From: Octopus sinensis
Lineage: Eukaryota
NCBI RefSeq assembly: GCF_006345805.1
Contig: NW_021833805.1
Coordinates: forward strand, 1-56,114
Direction: 5' to 3'
Length of the DNA: 56,114 nt
Made by a program: the position numbers and the translations under genes. Under the pieces are notes generated by a model. That model ran no database searches, was not told where the DNA came from, and saw only the letters and a list, made by a program, of their open reading frames with translations. Positions 1 to 14,480 of the stretch are shown one piece after another (the stretch's first letter is position 1; the number at the start of each line of letters is the position of its first letter).

Positions 1-1099
1 AATTCTGCCAATTGCATAATACATACGCACACGCACATGAAGACACACACACACACACGCACACATAGCCAGACAGGGTGATAAACACACCAATATATAA
101 ATAGCTAAATAGATAGACATATCGATCGATATTTAGATATGGCCATTTTCACAACATCATATTTACGGATCACTGGCAAACCCATCTACACTAACCTCCC
201 TAATTATAGTGTTCCATTCAGGTAACTGGTGAAGTATAGCGATGACAGTCTTATTGTTCTCTTTTCTCCTGTATCGTTGAGCGATTCCCTAAATTACTGA
301 CCCTTCGACCTCTCTCCAACAGTGACTCAATATAGTTACTTTCGGCCGTTGCGTCGTTTTCTCATACGATATTTGGCAGCCATTTTAGACCATGATATTT
401 TATCACGAACACTTGACTACGTGCTCATCTATACTTACATATATACTAACATTAACCCATTTTTATATACCTGCACACATGCATCTGTGCATATTTTCAC
501 ATGCACACACACACATACACATGCCGATAACATACTTTTGCTCTAATGTGTACATGCTGATGTGTTTATGTTCATAGATGCAGATGCACAATAGCAAAGA
601 AGTACACACAAACACAGATAAACACATTTATACAAACATAAATACCCATATATACTGACATATGTAAACAAACACACACACACATAAATACATTTATACG
701 AACATAAATGCTCGTATATACTGACATACACAAACACACACACATAAGCACACTGACTCATAGATACGCCAACTCATAGATATACATACACATTAAAAAA
801 TATAAAGACAAGCTTATAGAAACTCACGGAAGCTTTACCTATTTATATTTTATTTTTAACCTTCCGCTCTCCCCTCTCTCTCTCTTGTTCTCTTTGTCTT
901 TCTCAATAAATTTTACGTAAGTTTTGTTAAATAATAACAACCACTATTGTTAGCACCACCATCATCATCATCATAAACACAACAACAACAACAGTAGCAA
1001 CATTAACAACGAAAGTAATAACAACAATAACAAGAACAACAGCAACAACAGTAGCAACAATAATAATGGTAATAATAATAGTAACTTGCATGCAGTGAT

Positions 1100-1640
1100 G
1101 GATTTGAAAAATTATGCTATGCATGGTGAAAAAAGGACCATTATCTGTTACTAGAAATATCGAAGAAGTCATTGAAACAGTCAAAGATTTCAACAATAGA
1201 ATGAAGAACGACAGGGAAATATATAAAAAAAGCTATAAAGAGAAAGCGCTACATGGCCAATTTAGCGACAAAGCGAGGAGATTTGGAATGAAGAATTCTG
1301 GTTTGGCTGAGAGATGGAAACTTGAAGCGAAAAACGGAAACGCTAATGACCAAGCCATGAGAACGAGATCAAATGAGAACTCAGAGATCAGTTTAGAATG
1401 TGTTAAAAAGGAAACGCAAGCGTTAACTCTCTGTCCCATTAATGAGTGCGGTAAGCTTGCACGAAATGAATATAAAGGCAGAGAAGACTGTGATGGCAAA
1501 AGCCAAAACTGCATTTGAATTGACTGAAAACTGGTGGGAAAATATATCCGGGATGAGATTTCTCCATTATACTACTGAATCTATGTGACCAGATATAACA
1601 GTGGAGGATAGAAAGAGCGATGTTAGCTTATTGAGTTTGC
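1100..1640 (+). mobile_element. Degenerate Dong/R4-like (RLE-type) LINE fragment, post-RT and zinc-knuckle region
   Basis: ORF 1114-1518 contains KALHGQF...DQAMRTR...KKET...ECGKLARNEYKGR, matching the R4/Dong pattern WxxKxLHGQ...QDQALxT...ETxxH...CxxLAxxEYxxRH. It is followed by ...ENWWEN... and DITVEDRKSD (RPDIV-like). Confidence 0.75.
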
Positions 1641-2136
1641 TTATGCACACAGACATACACATGCACTCATATACTCAGACAAGTATACACACACATATAA
1701 AATTTAACCAAAAGACAAATCCAAGGGATACAAACATCGAAAAGATGCCACAAAAGAGTAACGTCCCTTCATTCATTGATTCATAGTTTTATTTAAGCGA
1801 AATTACGAGATATCCCGAGAATAAAGCGAGACTGTTTTTCAAAATGGAGGCAAACAACTTTCTCCATATAATTGGCTTGAAAATTGTTAACACACTAGGA
1901 TATTTTCCTACTTTACTTAACATGAAACCAATGGTAGCCTTAATTGACAAATAAAAAAATTATATATCCATCAATGCAGTGTTGAACACTCATTTCATCG
2001 TTCGATAATTACGCATGTTATATATATATATATATATTATATATATATATATATATATTAATATATATACACTCACTCATTTCATCATTCGACATTTACG
2101 CATGTATATATATGTATGTATATGTAAGTATATATG

Positions 2137-2215
<79 letters not shown>

Positions 2216-2925
2216 TATGTATTTATAAGTGGTGGGTGAGTGTGTGTGTGTGTGTAAGACCATTTCGCAGCAATACACTCCACAGGGCAACGGACAAATG
2301 TATTTTGCATATCGGGGCAATGACAGTGCACATCAAAGATGATAGCGCACATTCTTTTTCTCATACTTGGATATTCAAATATGCATTTACTTCGAACATT
2401 TCTCTTGACAATGCATTCGAACGTTCCTAATTTATGGCAGCCGTGACGCCATACGTAGTTTTACTTTTATCAATAAGCTCTCCTATTTTTTTGTATGTAT
2501 TTTTCCTCGGACATTTTTATCCGTTATAATAGAGAAATAATATTCATATTACGTTTATTTTCAAATTTCAAATTATATATTCATTCGCAGATAACAGAAA
2601 TACAGAGACACAGAGAATCAGCAGGACATTAACTAATATAGATTTATATAACCATATAAATTATATACATACATACATACATACATACATACATACATAC
2701 ATACATACATACATACATACATACATACATAAATACATACATACATACATGTATATACTTTCTGATAATATGCATATCTGTACTGTTTATTGATATACGT
2801 TCATCCATCAATTCATATTATATATATATATATATAATATATATCTTATTATGTCTGTTTCTTATTATTTCTTTCTGTTTCTTACTCTCTCTGTCTCTCC
2901 TTTCTCTCTCTACATATATAGTGAG

Positions 2926-3005
<80 letters not shown>

Positions 3006-3865
3006 TATATATATATATGTATATATATACACGCATACAGACACATAGATACACATATGTATATATACACACATTATATATATGTATATACTAACATATA
3101 TGTATGTATGTATGTATGTGTGTATGTATATATGCATGTATGTAAATATATCGTCTGTCAAAACAGTTGACAGTATCAGGCAGAATAAATGCATAAATAA
3201 ATATATTACTATATCAATAAATAATAACATCAATAATAACGCTAACAACAACAATAATAATAATGATGATGACGATGAGGGTAATGATGATGATGATGAT
3301 GATGATGAGGGTGATGATTATGATGATGTTGATGACGATGATGATGATGATAACATTAATAATCGACAGCAGCACAACACAAACGGTGGGAGTTTTAGAA
3401 AAATGCTTAGCGGCAAATGAAAACAAAGTAAAACTGATTAGTGTAATATGAAAACACAGAGAAAAAGGAAAAAGAAAAAAAGAAAAAAGAAAAACAAAAA
3501 CAGAAAGAAAAAGAAGAAGAAGAAAACATAAAAGAAGTAAACGAAAAGCAAATTTTCTTTTTATACAAGAAATCAATAAAATAGAAACTGGAAACTAACT
3601 GCTCCGATATAAAAGATTTAGATAAGAACAAAATAACTAAAAAGGTTAAAAAATATTCAAATCATAACGGAATTCAAAAATATACTGCATAAAAAAAAAC
3701 TAGAAAAATTACACTGAGAGAAAAAAACTATTTAACAGTGTAAATGTAAGCCATAGGGAAAAAGTAAGAATGATTTAAATGTTCTGGGCTAAAATCAGAA
3801 ATAGTTTTCGTTTTAGCTTCATAGGCTCAATGTCTAACTATAAGCAACTATAATAATATATAATA

Positions 3866-4052
3866 GCGCTGGAGAGACTGTGTGGTAAGTCGCTTGCTTA
3901 CGAACCACATGGTTCCGGGTTCAGTCCCATTGCGAGGCACCTTGGGCAGTGTCTTCTACTATAGCCTCGGGCCGACCAAATCCTTGTGAATGGATTTAGT
4001 AGAGGGAAGCTGAAAGAATCCCGTCGTATATATGTATGTAAATATATATATA

Positions 4053-4120
<68 letters not shown>

Positions 4121-4360
4121 TGTGTGTGTGTGGTATGTGTATGTGTGTGTGCGTCTGTGTTTGTGTGTCTGTGTTTGTCCCCCCAACATCGCTTGACAAC
4201 CGATGCCGCCGTGTTTACGTCCCAGTAACTTAGCGGTTCGGCAAAAGATACCGATAGAATAAGTACTAGGCTTACAAAGAATAAGTTCTGGGGTCGATTT
4301 GCTCGACTAAAGGCGGTGCTCCAGCAAGGCCGCAGTCAAATGACTGAAACAAGTAAAAGA

Positions 4361-4363
<3 letters not shown>
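3866..4363 (+). mobile_element. tRNA-derived SINE family B with internal (TA)n(TG)n microsatellite
   Basis: Head gctgtgtggtaag...ggttccgggttcagtccc, internal microsatellite ~4028-4160, 3' half ending cagtcaaatgactgaaacaagtaaaagagta. Several homologous copies occur in the window. Confidence 0.9.
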
Positions 4364-4400
<37 letters not shown>

Positions 4401-4402
<2 letters not shown>

Positions 4403-4723
4403 GCCATGTGTTGAGAAGGATTCTTTGGGGTTTGAATAATTCACCTCTGGAAACATGGGTGTTTCGTTCAACGTCCTTAAACAACCCTTATTCAGGGACC
4501 TTTTGAGCGGGATGGGTTACTCGATCTGAAGAAAATTCTAACTGAGCTCCACCTGCAAGGTCATGTGCTGTTTATCTTGATATGAGATCACCATGTCGCG
4601 CACATATGGTTGTGATGCATGTGTCTGGTGTACCCTTATCAGACGGGTAGTCATGATGGGTATACTGGGCTTCGTATATTTTACCCCAGTGTCACTTTGA
4701 TGGCATGCTCTGCTCGCTCACTC
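4401..4723 (+). mobile_element. 5'-truncated copy of an (AAT)n-embedded non-autonomous retroelement (element X)
   Basis: Near-identical to the reverse complement of 32577-32910. Flanked by (AAT)n on both sides. Confidence 0.85.
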
Positions 4724-4778
<55 letters not shown>

Positions 4779-4780
4779 TA

Positions 4781-4978
4781 ACTGTTTCAAATTTCGACAC
4801 AAAGCCATCAATTTCAGAGCAGGGGGTGAGTCGATTACGTCGACCACCCCCACCAGTCATCAACTGATATTTATTTTATCTACCCCGAAAGGAGAAGTTG
4901 AACTCAGAACGTAAAGACGGACGAAATACCGCTAAGTATTTTGCTCGGCGTGCTAACGATTCTCTCATCTCACCGACT
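4781..4978 (-). mobile_element. SINE family A (ggcgagctggcagaatcgttagcacg... head), degenerate
   Basis: Reverse complement of ...gaatcgttagcacg...cttagcggtatttcgtc...gttctgagttcaa. Lies between (AAT)n runs. Confidence 0.85.
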
Positions 4979-4980
4979 TA

Positions 4981-5552
<572 letters not shown>

Positions 5553-6030
5553 ACCTTCATGGTGATATAAATAAGGATTTCTAGCGTAGCCGCAAATCCA
5601 CACATTTTAAGGCGAGTAAATGGAAACTCGCTGCGGGACGAACGGACGGCAGGAGAAATCTTTAGAAGAAGAACTTTCGCCAGACAGGTGTTTCGACCTG
5701 TGAGTTCCTGACACTTTAACTAATACAAGCCCACCTATGTCATAACTCCTTGGTATCTTCCTGCTGTTTTTGAAATACCATCTTTAGTGGGGATTGAACT
5801 CGGAACCTTTGAATGATCTCCCATCCTTGAACTGTGGTGTATATCTCTCCGCCATGAAGACCACCAGATGAACTAGCACAGTGGGTCTATTCCAAACTGG
5901 GTTTCCCTTCTTACTACGTTTAGTGGTTTGCAGTGTTACATTTCAGCACCGGATATCGTTTCTCTTTGCTTCTAACCACACTGGGTTCTTTTCAGCTTTC
6001 TCTAACAGGCATTTAATCGTCTCTTATATA

Positions 6031-6262
6031 TATTTCTTTACTACCCACAAGGGGCCAAACACAGAGGAGACAAACAAGGACAGACAAGCGGATTAAGTCG
6101 ATTATATTGACCCCAGTGCTTAATTGGTACTTAATTTATCGACCCCGGAAGGATGAAAGGCAAAGTCGACCTCGGCGGAATTTGAACTCGGAACGTAACG
6201 GCAGACGAAATACGGCAGCGCATTTCGCCCGGCGTGCTAACGTTTCAGCCAGCTCGCCGCCT
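6031..6262 (-). mobile_element. SINE family A, long-tail form
   Basis: tatttctttactacccacaagg...gcaaagtcgacctcggcggaatttgaactc...gctcgccgcc. Confidence 0.92.
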
Positions 6263-6633
6263 TATCGTGTCTTATATAGCAGATCAATGTACCCCAGTAC
6301 ACGACTGATATTAATTTTATCAATCTCTATAACGAGATATAAAGCAATGCAGCGTCGCCACAAGATGCGATCTAATGCTAAATATATATGGTGTAACAAA
6401 AATTTCCGCGAGCCATATTATGCAAGAGATCTCTATAAGTGTTACTGAATACCAACGCTTAAACATTGCAACAACATTGAAAGGAAGGGGGAAAAAAACA
6501 GAACGGCAGAAATTTTGAAATTATATACAGAAATGATAACAAAACATTTAAATTGAATTATTAACAGGAGAGCAACCGTTCTTGAAATGCGAATGTAATA
6601 AATATTTGTCAAATTACACACACACACACACAC

Positions 6634-6683
<50 letters not shown>

Positions 6684-6696
6684 TATGTATGTATAT

Positions 6697-6745
<49 letters not shown>

Positions 6746-6822
6746 CTTATATATATACATATATATATGTATATATACATTATATATATATTATATGTAT
6801 ATAAAATATATAAATATCTATG

Positions 6823-6855
<33 letters not shown>

Positions 6856-6989
6856 TATATATATACATACTATATATAATATATATACACATATATCCAT
6901 GTATATATTGTAACTATATACAATAAACATACATATACGTACATAAATTCACACATATATGCAAAGATAAATTTAGATATGAAGCTATG

Positions 6990-7025
<36 letters not shown>

Positions 7026-7790
7026 TTATATATATATATATATATAAATATATATATATGTATATATATGAGTGTGTGTATATATTTGTACGCGTAAATA
7101 TCTTTATATATATATATATATGTATTCACACACAGATATATGCATACATGTATTCATGTGTGTGTATATGTATATATAATGTTATAAATATGATATTAAC
7201 GCAATTTTTATTGAAACACTTCTTTGGGGACAATACGATCAGTGAGAGGATCCACATAAGTGAAGAGAATTAGATTTACAATGATAACAAATGCTATCAC
7301 ACACACAAGACTGTGGAATACGAAGAGACATCTTCAAATATATCACGGCACATACTGATATGTACGTGTGTGTGTACACACACACTTACACACATATACA
7401 ATTGTACATATATATATGTGTATGTGTGTGGGTGGGTGATATATCGTATTCCATATTAAATATATACGCAATGTATATGGTTCGTTATACAAGCGGAAGT
7501 AAGAGAACTCAATACATGAAGGAGAGTGTGTATGCATAAACATATATGTGTATATACACACATATATATATGTGTGTGTACGTGTGTACCAGTGTGTATG
7601 TGTGTGTTTGAGGGTGTGTGTGTGTGCATAAGTATGTATGCATTCATGTATACATACATACATGTATATGTATATATATGTATATATATATATATATTTG
7701 TGTGGATATCAACGTAATGTATGAACGTACAAATACACACACACACTCATTTATATATATATATATATGTATGTATATATATATATATAT

Positions 7791-7821
<31 letters not shown>

Positions 7822-8037
7822 ATATATATATAAATATATATATATATATGATGTACGTATAAGTATGCAAATGTGTGTATATGTATACACATACATGTAT
7901 GCGTGTAAATATATATGTATGCATTTGCATGAGTGTACGTGTGTGTTTGTGTGTATATGTACATATATACATACATACATACATACATACACACACACAT
8001 ACATATATATATATTGCGTTCTTGTCCCATTTTGTAT

Positions 8038-8071
<34 letters not shown>

Positions 8072-8539
8072 ATGCAGAAATAATATATATTTAAATAAAG
8101 TGCGATGCATGTAATTTGAGATAATTTTTGCGAATCGATAAAGTTTTGTCTTTGAGAATCACTTTTTTTTCTTTCAAACAGCTTCTGCTCTTTGCTCGCC
8201 ATTTTTTTCCCATAATAATTTCATAAAGAAAAATCTAAAATTATACAATTATACAGAGATGCAAGCGTGCATCAAGGCCTTCCATCCATCAATTCATTTA
8301 GCCATTTAGCTACTTATCCGTTTAACCAACCATCTATATAAACACACGGACACACAGGTACACACATACACACACACACATATCACGTGCTCACACGCAC
8401 GTAGTATAATAGTGAACGTGAATCTCGTGGTGTGTAAGATACGGCGTTCGATTTCCATAAGCGATCGTACTACTCTTTCGTTCTCTTTCTCTTTGGTCTT
8501 CTGCTCCAGTGTATCTTTTATCTTATCTCTTGTACATGT

Positions 8540-8740
8540 TTTACTTGTGAGAATGCGGCCATGTTGGGGCACCACCTCGATGAAATTTTAGTCGAATGAA
8601 TCGACTTCCGTCCTTTGTCTTTTTTTTTCTCTTTAAGCCTCGTACTTATTCGATCGATACTTTTTGTCGAACTGCTAGGTTACGGGAACGTAAGCACACC
8701 AACACCAGCTGTGAAGCGGTTGTGGGGAACAAACACACAC
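8540..8740 (-). mobile_element. SINE family B 3' half
   Basis: Reverse complement of cttagc(a)gttcg...aaaag...cgatcgaataagtac...gtgc(t)ccagcatggccgca. Confidence 0.75.
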
Positions 8741-8802
8741 ATAAACACACACACATACGCACACTCATATATACACACACGCATATATATATATACATAT
8801 GT

Positions 8803-9050
8803 GGAAGCGCGGGGCTTAGTGGTTAGGGTGTCAGCATCATGATCGTAAGTTTGTGGTTTCGATTCCTGGACCGGCCGACGCATTGTGTTCTTGAGCAAAA
8901 CACTTCATTTCACGTTGCTCCAGTCCACTCAGCTGGCAAAAATGGGTAACGCTGCAATGAATTGCGTCCCATCCAGCTGGGGAACACATTCGCCATTGAA
9001 ACCGGGAAACCGGGCCCATGAGCCTGGCTAGGCTTTAAAAGGGCGCATTT
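8803..9050 (+). mobile_element. tRNA-derived SINE family C (CORE-like)
   Basis: A box ggcttagtggttag, B box ggtttcgattcc, then gtgttcttgagcaaaacacttcatttcac...gctccagtccactcagctg. Homologous to 16833-17050. Confidence 0.88.
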
Positions 9051-9289
9051 ATTTTTTTTTATATATACACATATATACACATGCACATGATGTCTGAAAC
9101 TCGATTTCGCGTAATGCCATCGCTTGATTGTTCTCTTAAACATGAGCATTGTGGATGTGGTTTTTCAATTCTGATTGAGGCCTTCACTGTTTTGCAACGT
9201 AGTAACCATGGCTCTATCTTGCAGGTTTTCAGAAAGCTCACCTCCCACGCTGACATAAGCCTTCATTCCATCATGGAATTTTCCAGTGA

Positions 9290-9680
9290 CCGATTCCAAT
9301 GCCGTCTGACTGGCACCCGTCCTGGTGGTATGTAATAAGCACCATTCAAGCATGGGTCGATGCCAGTAGCACCCGAATGGCTTCCCGTGCCAGTGGGACG
9401 TAGAAAGCAGTTAGAACGTGGTCGATGCCACCCCACCCCGACTGGCTCCTTCGCCGGTGGAACGTAAAAAAACACCATCCGAAAGTGGTCGATGACAGTG
9501 CTGCCTGACTGGCTCCCATGCCGATGGGACCTAAAAAGCACCCACTGCACTCTCGGAGTGGTTGGCGTTAGGAAAAAGCATCCTAATGGTGCAGCTTACT
9601 GGCTTGCCACTCGTCTGTCAGACCATCCAACCCATGCTAGCATGGAAAGCGGACGTTAAACAATGATGATGATGATGATA
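9290..9680 (+). mobile_element. RTE-associated 3' end with four ~66-bp internal subrepeats and (GAT)n tail
   Basis: gactggc-type unit starts at 9308, 9375, 9440 and 9507. Ends ccaacccatgctagcatggaaagcggacgttaaacaatgatgatgat, an RTE-like terminus. Confidence 0.75.
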
Positions 9681-9977
9681 ATATTTTGCCTTTATTGGTA
9701 CATAACAGAGTTTTTAGCAGAGATGTTTAAAATCAAGCGATGCCTGTTCCAGAACCTTTTTAAAGTGGGGAAACATTTTGCAATGGGCTAAATCCATTCT
9801 CTAAACAACGTATCACTTTCCTCCAAGGAAAGAATAGTCTACATCATTGGATGCAAATGAATTTGGAAATGTTACATCAATTTTTTCCTCCTGCTATCGA
9901 AGCTTTTTAAGGAATGACCAGGGGTTCCTCACTCCTAGCTGTTCGACGATCATTGAGTTTGTTCCTTCTCAAGTCAT

Positions 9978-10238
9978 GCCTGGCTAATAAGGGCCGGTTT
10001 CCCGGTTTCCTTGGCGTAAAGGCTCGCCATCTGGACGTGACACCGGTCCGTCGCAGGTGAGCTGCAAGATGCAAGAGGAAAGAGTAAGAGAAAGTTGTGG
10101 TGAAAGATTACCTTCTGCCGGAGCCGCGTGGAGCTTAGGTGTTTCGCTCACAAACACACACATCGCCCGGTCTGAGATTCGAACCCGCGATATCTCGACC
10201 GCGAGTTCGCTGCTCTAACCATAGTCCATGTGCCTCCA
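9978..10238 (-). mobile_element. tRNA-derived SINE family D
   Basis: Reverse complement of ggaggcacatggactatggttagagcagcg...gggttcgaatctcagaccgggcg. Homologous to 39166-39390. Confidence 0.88.
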
Positions 10239-11272
10239 CTACAATCATTGAGTCTGCTGAGTTGATCCGCTCTGTGACTAAGTTTGTGCTTTTGTTCTGC
10301 CGATTGTCCAGCGAAAATCACCCGTTTTACCAAGCAGGCTTGGTAGCATTGCCGTTTTAGTCGACGTCAGTTTGACCATGAGAAAGGTTGTACTGGACTG
10401 CATGTTACCTCAATCACGCATGCACACACACACATACACACACATACACGCATAGCCCCTCACACACAGGCACAAGCGCTGGTGTTTGTAACGCTCGCTT
10501 CTTAGTTTAAGGCTTCTAATCTGAATTTCGTTTTTGTGAAATTGTCAGTACAACTATAAGGGTTTACTAGCGAATAAGGTTTACGATTTCTACTTTTTGT
10601 TCTTTTTCTTGCTGCTTGTTGTTGTCGTTGTTGTTGCTGTAGGTCAGGCCGGTTTCTAATATCACTTTTCTCTTCTACTTACAAATTTATATATCTAGAA
10701 ATAAAATACATATTTCACTGGACAATTACATACATCAACTCACACACACGCCCAAATGCACAAAAGCATCGCCATCTTCATACACAGCGTCCTCCACACA
10801 CACATACATACATTATATAAGTCTGCAAATTTCTACCTGTTGTCTGAGATCATACTGGAGTACCCATTTTACTTTTCCTCCAATAATTTTTTTTTTGTAT
10901 TATAGGGAGTGTTCATTATATATGTATAATTCTTTCCACATTGTCTTCAGTTCTGCTATGAAGTATGTCTGAACTTTCGTTAAGATATTGGCCACTTCTC
11001 TCTCCGTGGAGGTCTTTTAATGATTACTTCTACAATGTCTTGAAGCTTTTGAAGTCATCTACAAAGTCATATAAAATGGAAAATCTGTGCTTTGATTTCC
11101 TATATACATACATACATACATACATACATACATACATACATACATACACACATACAACATTCACACATACGCACACACACGAATATATATATACATATAT
11201 GTACACACATATATATTTCTATACATATATATGAGTATGTATATTTATGTATACACTCACATATAACAATGT

Positions 11273-11331
<59 letters not shown>

Positions 11332-11364
11332 TATATGTATATATATGCACGTGTATATATGTAT

Positions 11365-11727
11365 ACTAGCAGTATCGCCCGGCGTTGCTCTGGTTTGTAA
11401 GGGAAATAACTATAAAGCATTTTTAGAGAGTTATAGCCAAAAACAGCAAAAAAATGATGGTAAATTTTTTTTGATAGTTAAAAAAGGTGGAGTTGCGTCC
11501 CCTACACAGTTCGTGGTTCGTGTTTTGATTCTCGACCCCATGTCGAATTATCGATTTTTTTCAGAACTGGGGGAACTTTTCAAATTTTCGCTGCGTTAGT
11601 TTTGAATTATGACATTGGGCTATGTGTGTGTCAAGTTTCATCAAATCGGTTGAAAGCCGTGGTCAGGGTGAGGGTACAAGCAAACAGACACACAGAAACG
11701 CACAGACAACTGCCGTTTATATATAGA
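11365..11727 (-). mobile_element. Non-autonomous Helitron
   Basis: On the minus strand it begins TCTATATATAAACGGCAG and ends ...agagcaacgccgggcgatactgCTAGT (subterminal GC-rich hairpin plus CTAG). Contains the internal aagtttcatcaaatcggt motif typical of such elements. Confidence 0.8.
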
Positions 11728-12259
11728 TATATATTATATATATATATATAATATATATACATATATCTATATCTATCTATCTATATCTCACTCATCTCTC
11801 TATATGTATTATATAATATAACATACATATCTCCATACATACATACATACATACATACATACATACATACATACATACATACATACATACATACATACAT
11901 ACATACATACGTATATGTGTGTGTGTATGTACAGGTGTGTAGTACAGAACTGAAATAAATTTTAATGCTAAAAGTCAGTACTGTGGGTGAAATAAGAATG
12001 TAAATATATCCTTTGAATTTTATTGATCTGCGGAACAAAGGAGGAAGGAGTCACTTCAACGTAATGACTAATTGACTTCCTCGTTCTTTTTTCAACACAT
12101 TATTAACGTTGGAAGCATGTGTTAACATTCTGATCTAAGCGCCATCCAGGCGTAATAGCAACAGTGATGATGTTGTTAATGATGACGACGACGACGACGA
12201 TGATGATGATAATAATAATGATAATAATAATAATAATAATAATAATAATCATAATAATA

Positions 12260-12560
12260 TCCGGTTTATTAGCTGTTTTAATTGTCATGAGTATTCTTTG
12301 CGATCACAATATAGCGGCGAAAGAATTTGACAAGATCAGTAAATATAAAGACTTGCTAATAGAAATTGAAAAAATATGTGGCATCTCAAGGCGACTACAA
12401 TACCAGTGATTGTAGGATCTCTAGGAATGATAAAAAAAAAAAGGTACTGAAACCTATTTGAAAATGATACCAGGCTTACCATCCCTACAGGAAGTGCAAA
12501 AAATCGTGTTAACTGGAACGGCTCATTTACAGAGAAAAGCATTATCGCTGTGAAAACAAC
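12260..12560 (+). mobile_element. Dong/R4-like LINE 3' end (restriction-like endonuclease C-terminus), frameshifted
   Basis: DHNIAAKEFDKISKYKDLLIEIEK, then after a frameshift TIPVIVGSLGMIKK...IPGLPSLQEVQKIVLTGTAH. The 5' flank is (AAT)n. Confidence 0.88.
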
Positions 12561-12765
12561 ATCCATTCATGAATTTATTTATTAATTTAAAAAAAAATAT
12601 TTTACCTGTGAATATGCGTGTGTATTCTGAGAATGCATACAATGAGCTTCGCTTCCCTAGGTATACGGAAAACGCCCGGCGAGAAATGGAAGAAAATATG
12701 AAGAAAGAAAAAGAATAATAATGATAATGGTAATAATAGTAATGTAATATATCACCTTCTGATTA

Positions 12766-12905
12766 CAGGAGTTATACATGAGCTACTTCAAGTTTCATTC
12801 TTGAATAGTGCAGCAATGTGACAGGCTTGTTTAGCAATTGTTCAGTATCATGCTGCATGGCCACTCCGCACCATGATACTTGAAGCAGCTCATGTATCAC
12901 CTCTG
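12766..12905. mobile_element. MITE with ~35-bp TIRs and TA flanks (Tc1/mariner-like)
   Basis: TA|caggagttatacatgagctacttcaagtttcat ... atgatacttgaagcagctcatgtatcacctctg|TA. The 25-bp core arms differ at 2 positions. Confidence 0.7.
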
Positions 12906-13080
12906 TATTCATTAAACAATATTTATTTGCTACTGAATTAAGTACCTTTTTTTAATGATTCTATCGATAAGCGAACAGTGCATCATTCATACGTACGTAC
13001 ATACATAAATACATACGTACATACATACATACATGCATACATATATATAGATGTGTATATATTTACATATATACATAGTC

Positions 13081-13465
13081 GAAGGAGTGGCTGTGTGGTA
13101 AGTAGCTTGCTTACCAACCACATGGTTCCGGGTTCAGTCCCACTGCGTGGCACCTTGGGCAAATGTCTTCTACTATAACCTCGGGGCGACCAAAGCCTTG
13201 TGAGTGGATATGGTAGACAGAAACTGAAAGAAGGCCTATAAACACACACACACACACACACACACCACATACACACACACACACATACACACACACACAC
13301 ACATATATACATACATGTGTGTGTGTGTGATTTGACAACTGATGCTGGTAACTTAGTAACTTAGCGGTTCGGCAAAAGAGACCGATAGAATAAGTACAAG
13401 GCTGACAAAGAACTAAAGTCGGTGGCCGCAGTCAAATGACTGAAATAAGTAAAAGAGTAAAAGAG
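13081..13465 (+). mobile_element. SINE family B with internal (CA)n/(TG)n, partly deleted
   Basis: Intact head gaaggagtggctgtgtggtaagtagcttgcttaccaaccacatggttccgggttcagtccc and gagtaaaa tail. Confidence 0.9.
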
Positions 13466-13472
13466 ATATACA

Positions 13473-13539
<67 letters not shown>

Positions 13540-14446
13540 ATCTATCTATCTATCTATCTATTTATCTGGTTAGGAGGAATAAGATAATCTAGGCGTTTCC
13601 TTCAGGTAACACTCAAACGGAACACATCTATCCGAAAATTACAAAAGGAGAATGTTCTCGGTGGGAACCGATATGTTGAATAAACCAAAAATCCGTAAAC
13701 CTCATTCCGACCAAGCGAATGAATAACAAAACATAGAAGATTAGAGCTCACAGCTTTGCTTTTATATCATAGTTGACATATGTTCTCTCACCGGTTTCAC
13801 GCGTTAGACAGTAGTCATAATGGGTTTGTCTTCAAGAGTTTTGTTAATTTGTGTCGATCGCAGTATTCATAGGTTCCGCTATTTATTTTAACGGCTGGTG
13901 TTTGTTGATCTGTTAGGTGATAAAGCATAAGCTGTTGCATTTACAAAATAGGATTTTTAGACTGCTGTTTAAAGGTATACAAGCGTATGGATATAGACGT
14001 GCGCGCACAAATATACGCCCATACACTGACGTACGCACTCATGCACACACAGACGTGCACACAGACACAGAAACAGACATAGATACACACACACAAATTT
14101 ACACGCAAATGCAAATTCATATATAAAAGTATGTATATGTATGTGTGAGTACGTGTATATGTATATACGTACATATATATGCATATACACACCACACACA
14201 CACACAGGTACACATATATAATAGCCCATTTTAATGTCCAATTTTCCCATGTATACTTGTGTTTATATGCACACATATATGTATATTTTATGTGTGTATA
14301 TATATATACACACATACATTTTACCTATGTATGTATGTGTATATATGTGTGTTTATATAAACACACCCATGCGCACACACACACTCACACACACAAATAT
14401 ACACACACACACACACAAATAAACACACACACACACACATAAATAA

Positions 14447-14480
<34 letters not shown>

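Noticed and set aside
3214-3631. Poly-N/poly-D and K/E-rich ORFs resembling low-complexity exons
   Set aside because: AAT/GAT and A-rich simple repeats with no splice or homology support.
5675-5720. Minus-strand GGUCGAAACACCUGUC motif
   Set aside because: GAAAC and a GUC site are present, but there is no CUGANGA-like core at the required position.
8803-8880. tRNA gene-like A/B boxes (also at 16833, 39166, 41004, 43920)
   Set aside because: They continue into shared SINE bodies and lack a proper acceptor stem or cloverleaf, so they are SINE heads.
13590-13612. Minus-strand CUGAAGGAAACGCCUAG hammerhead-like motif
   Set aside because: Stem II is absent and the cleavage triplet is not supported.
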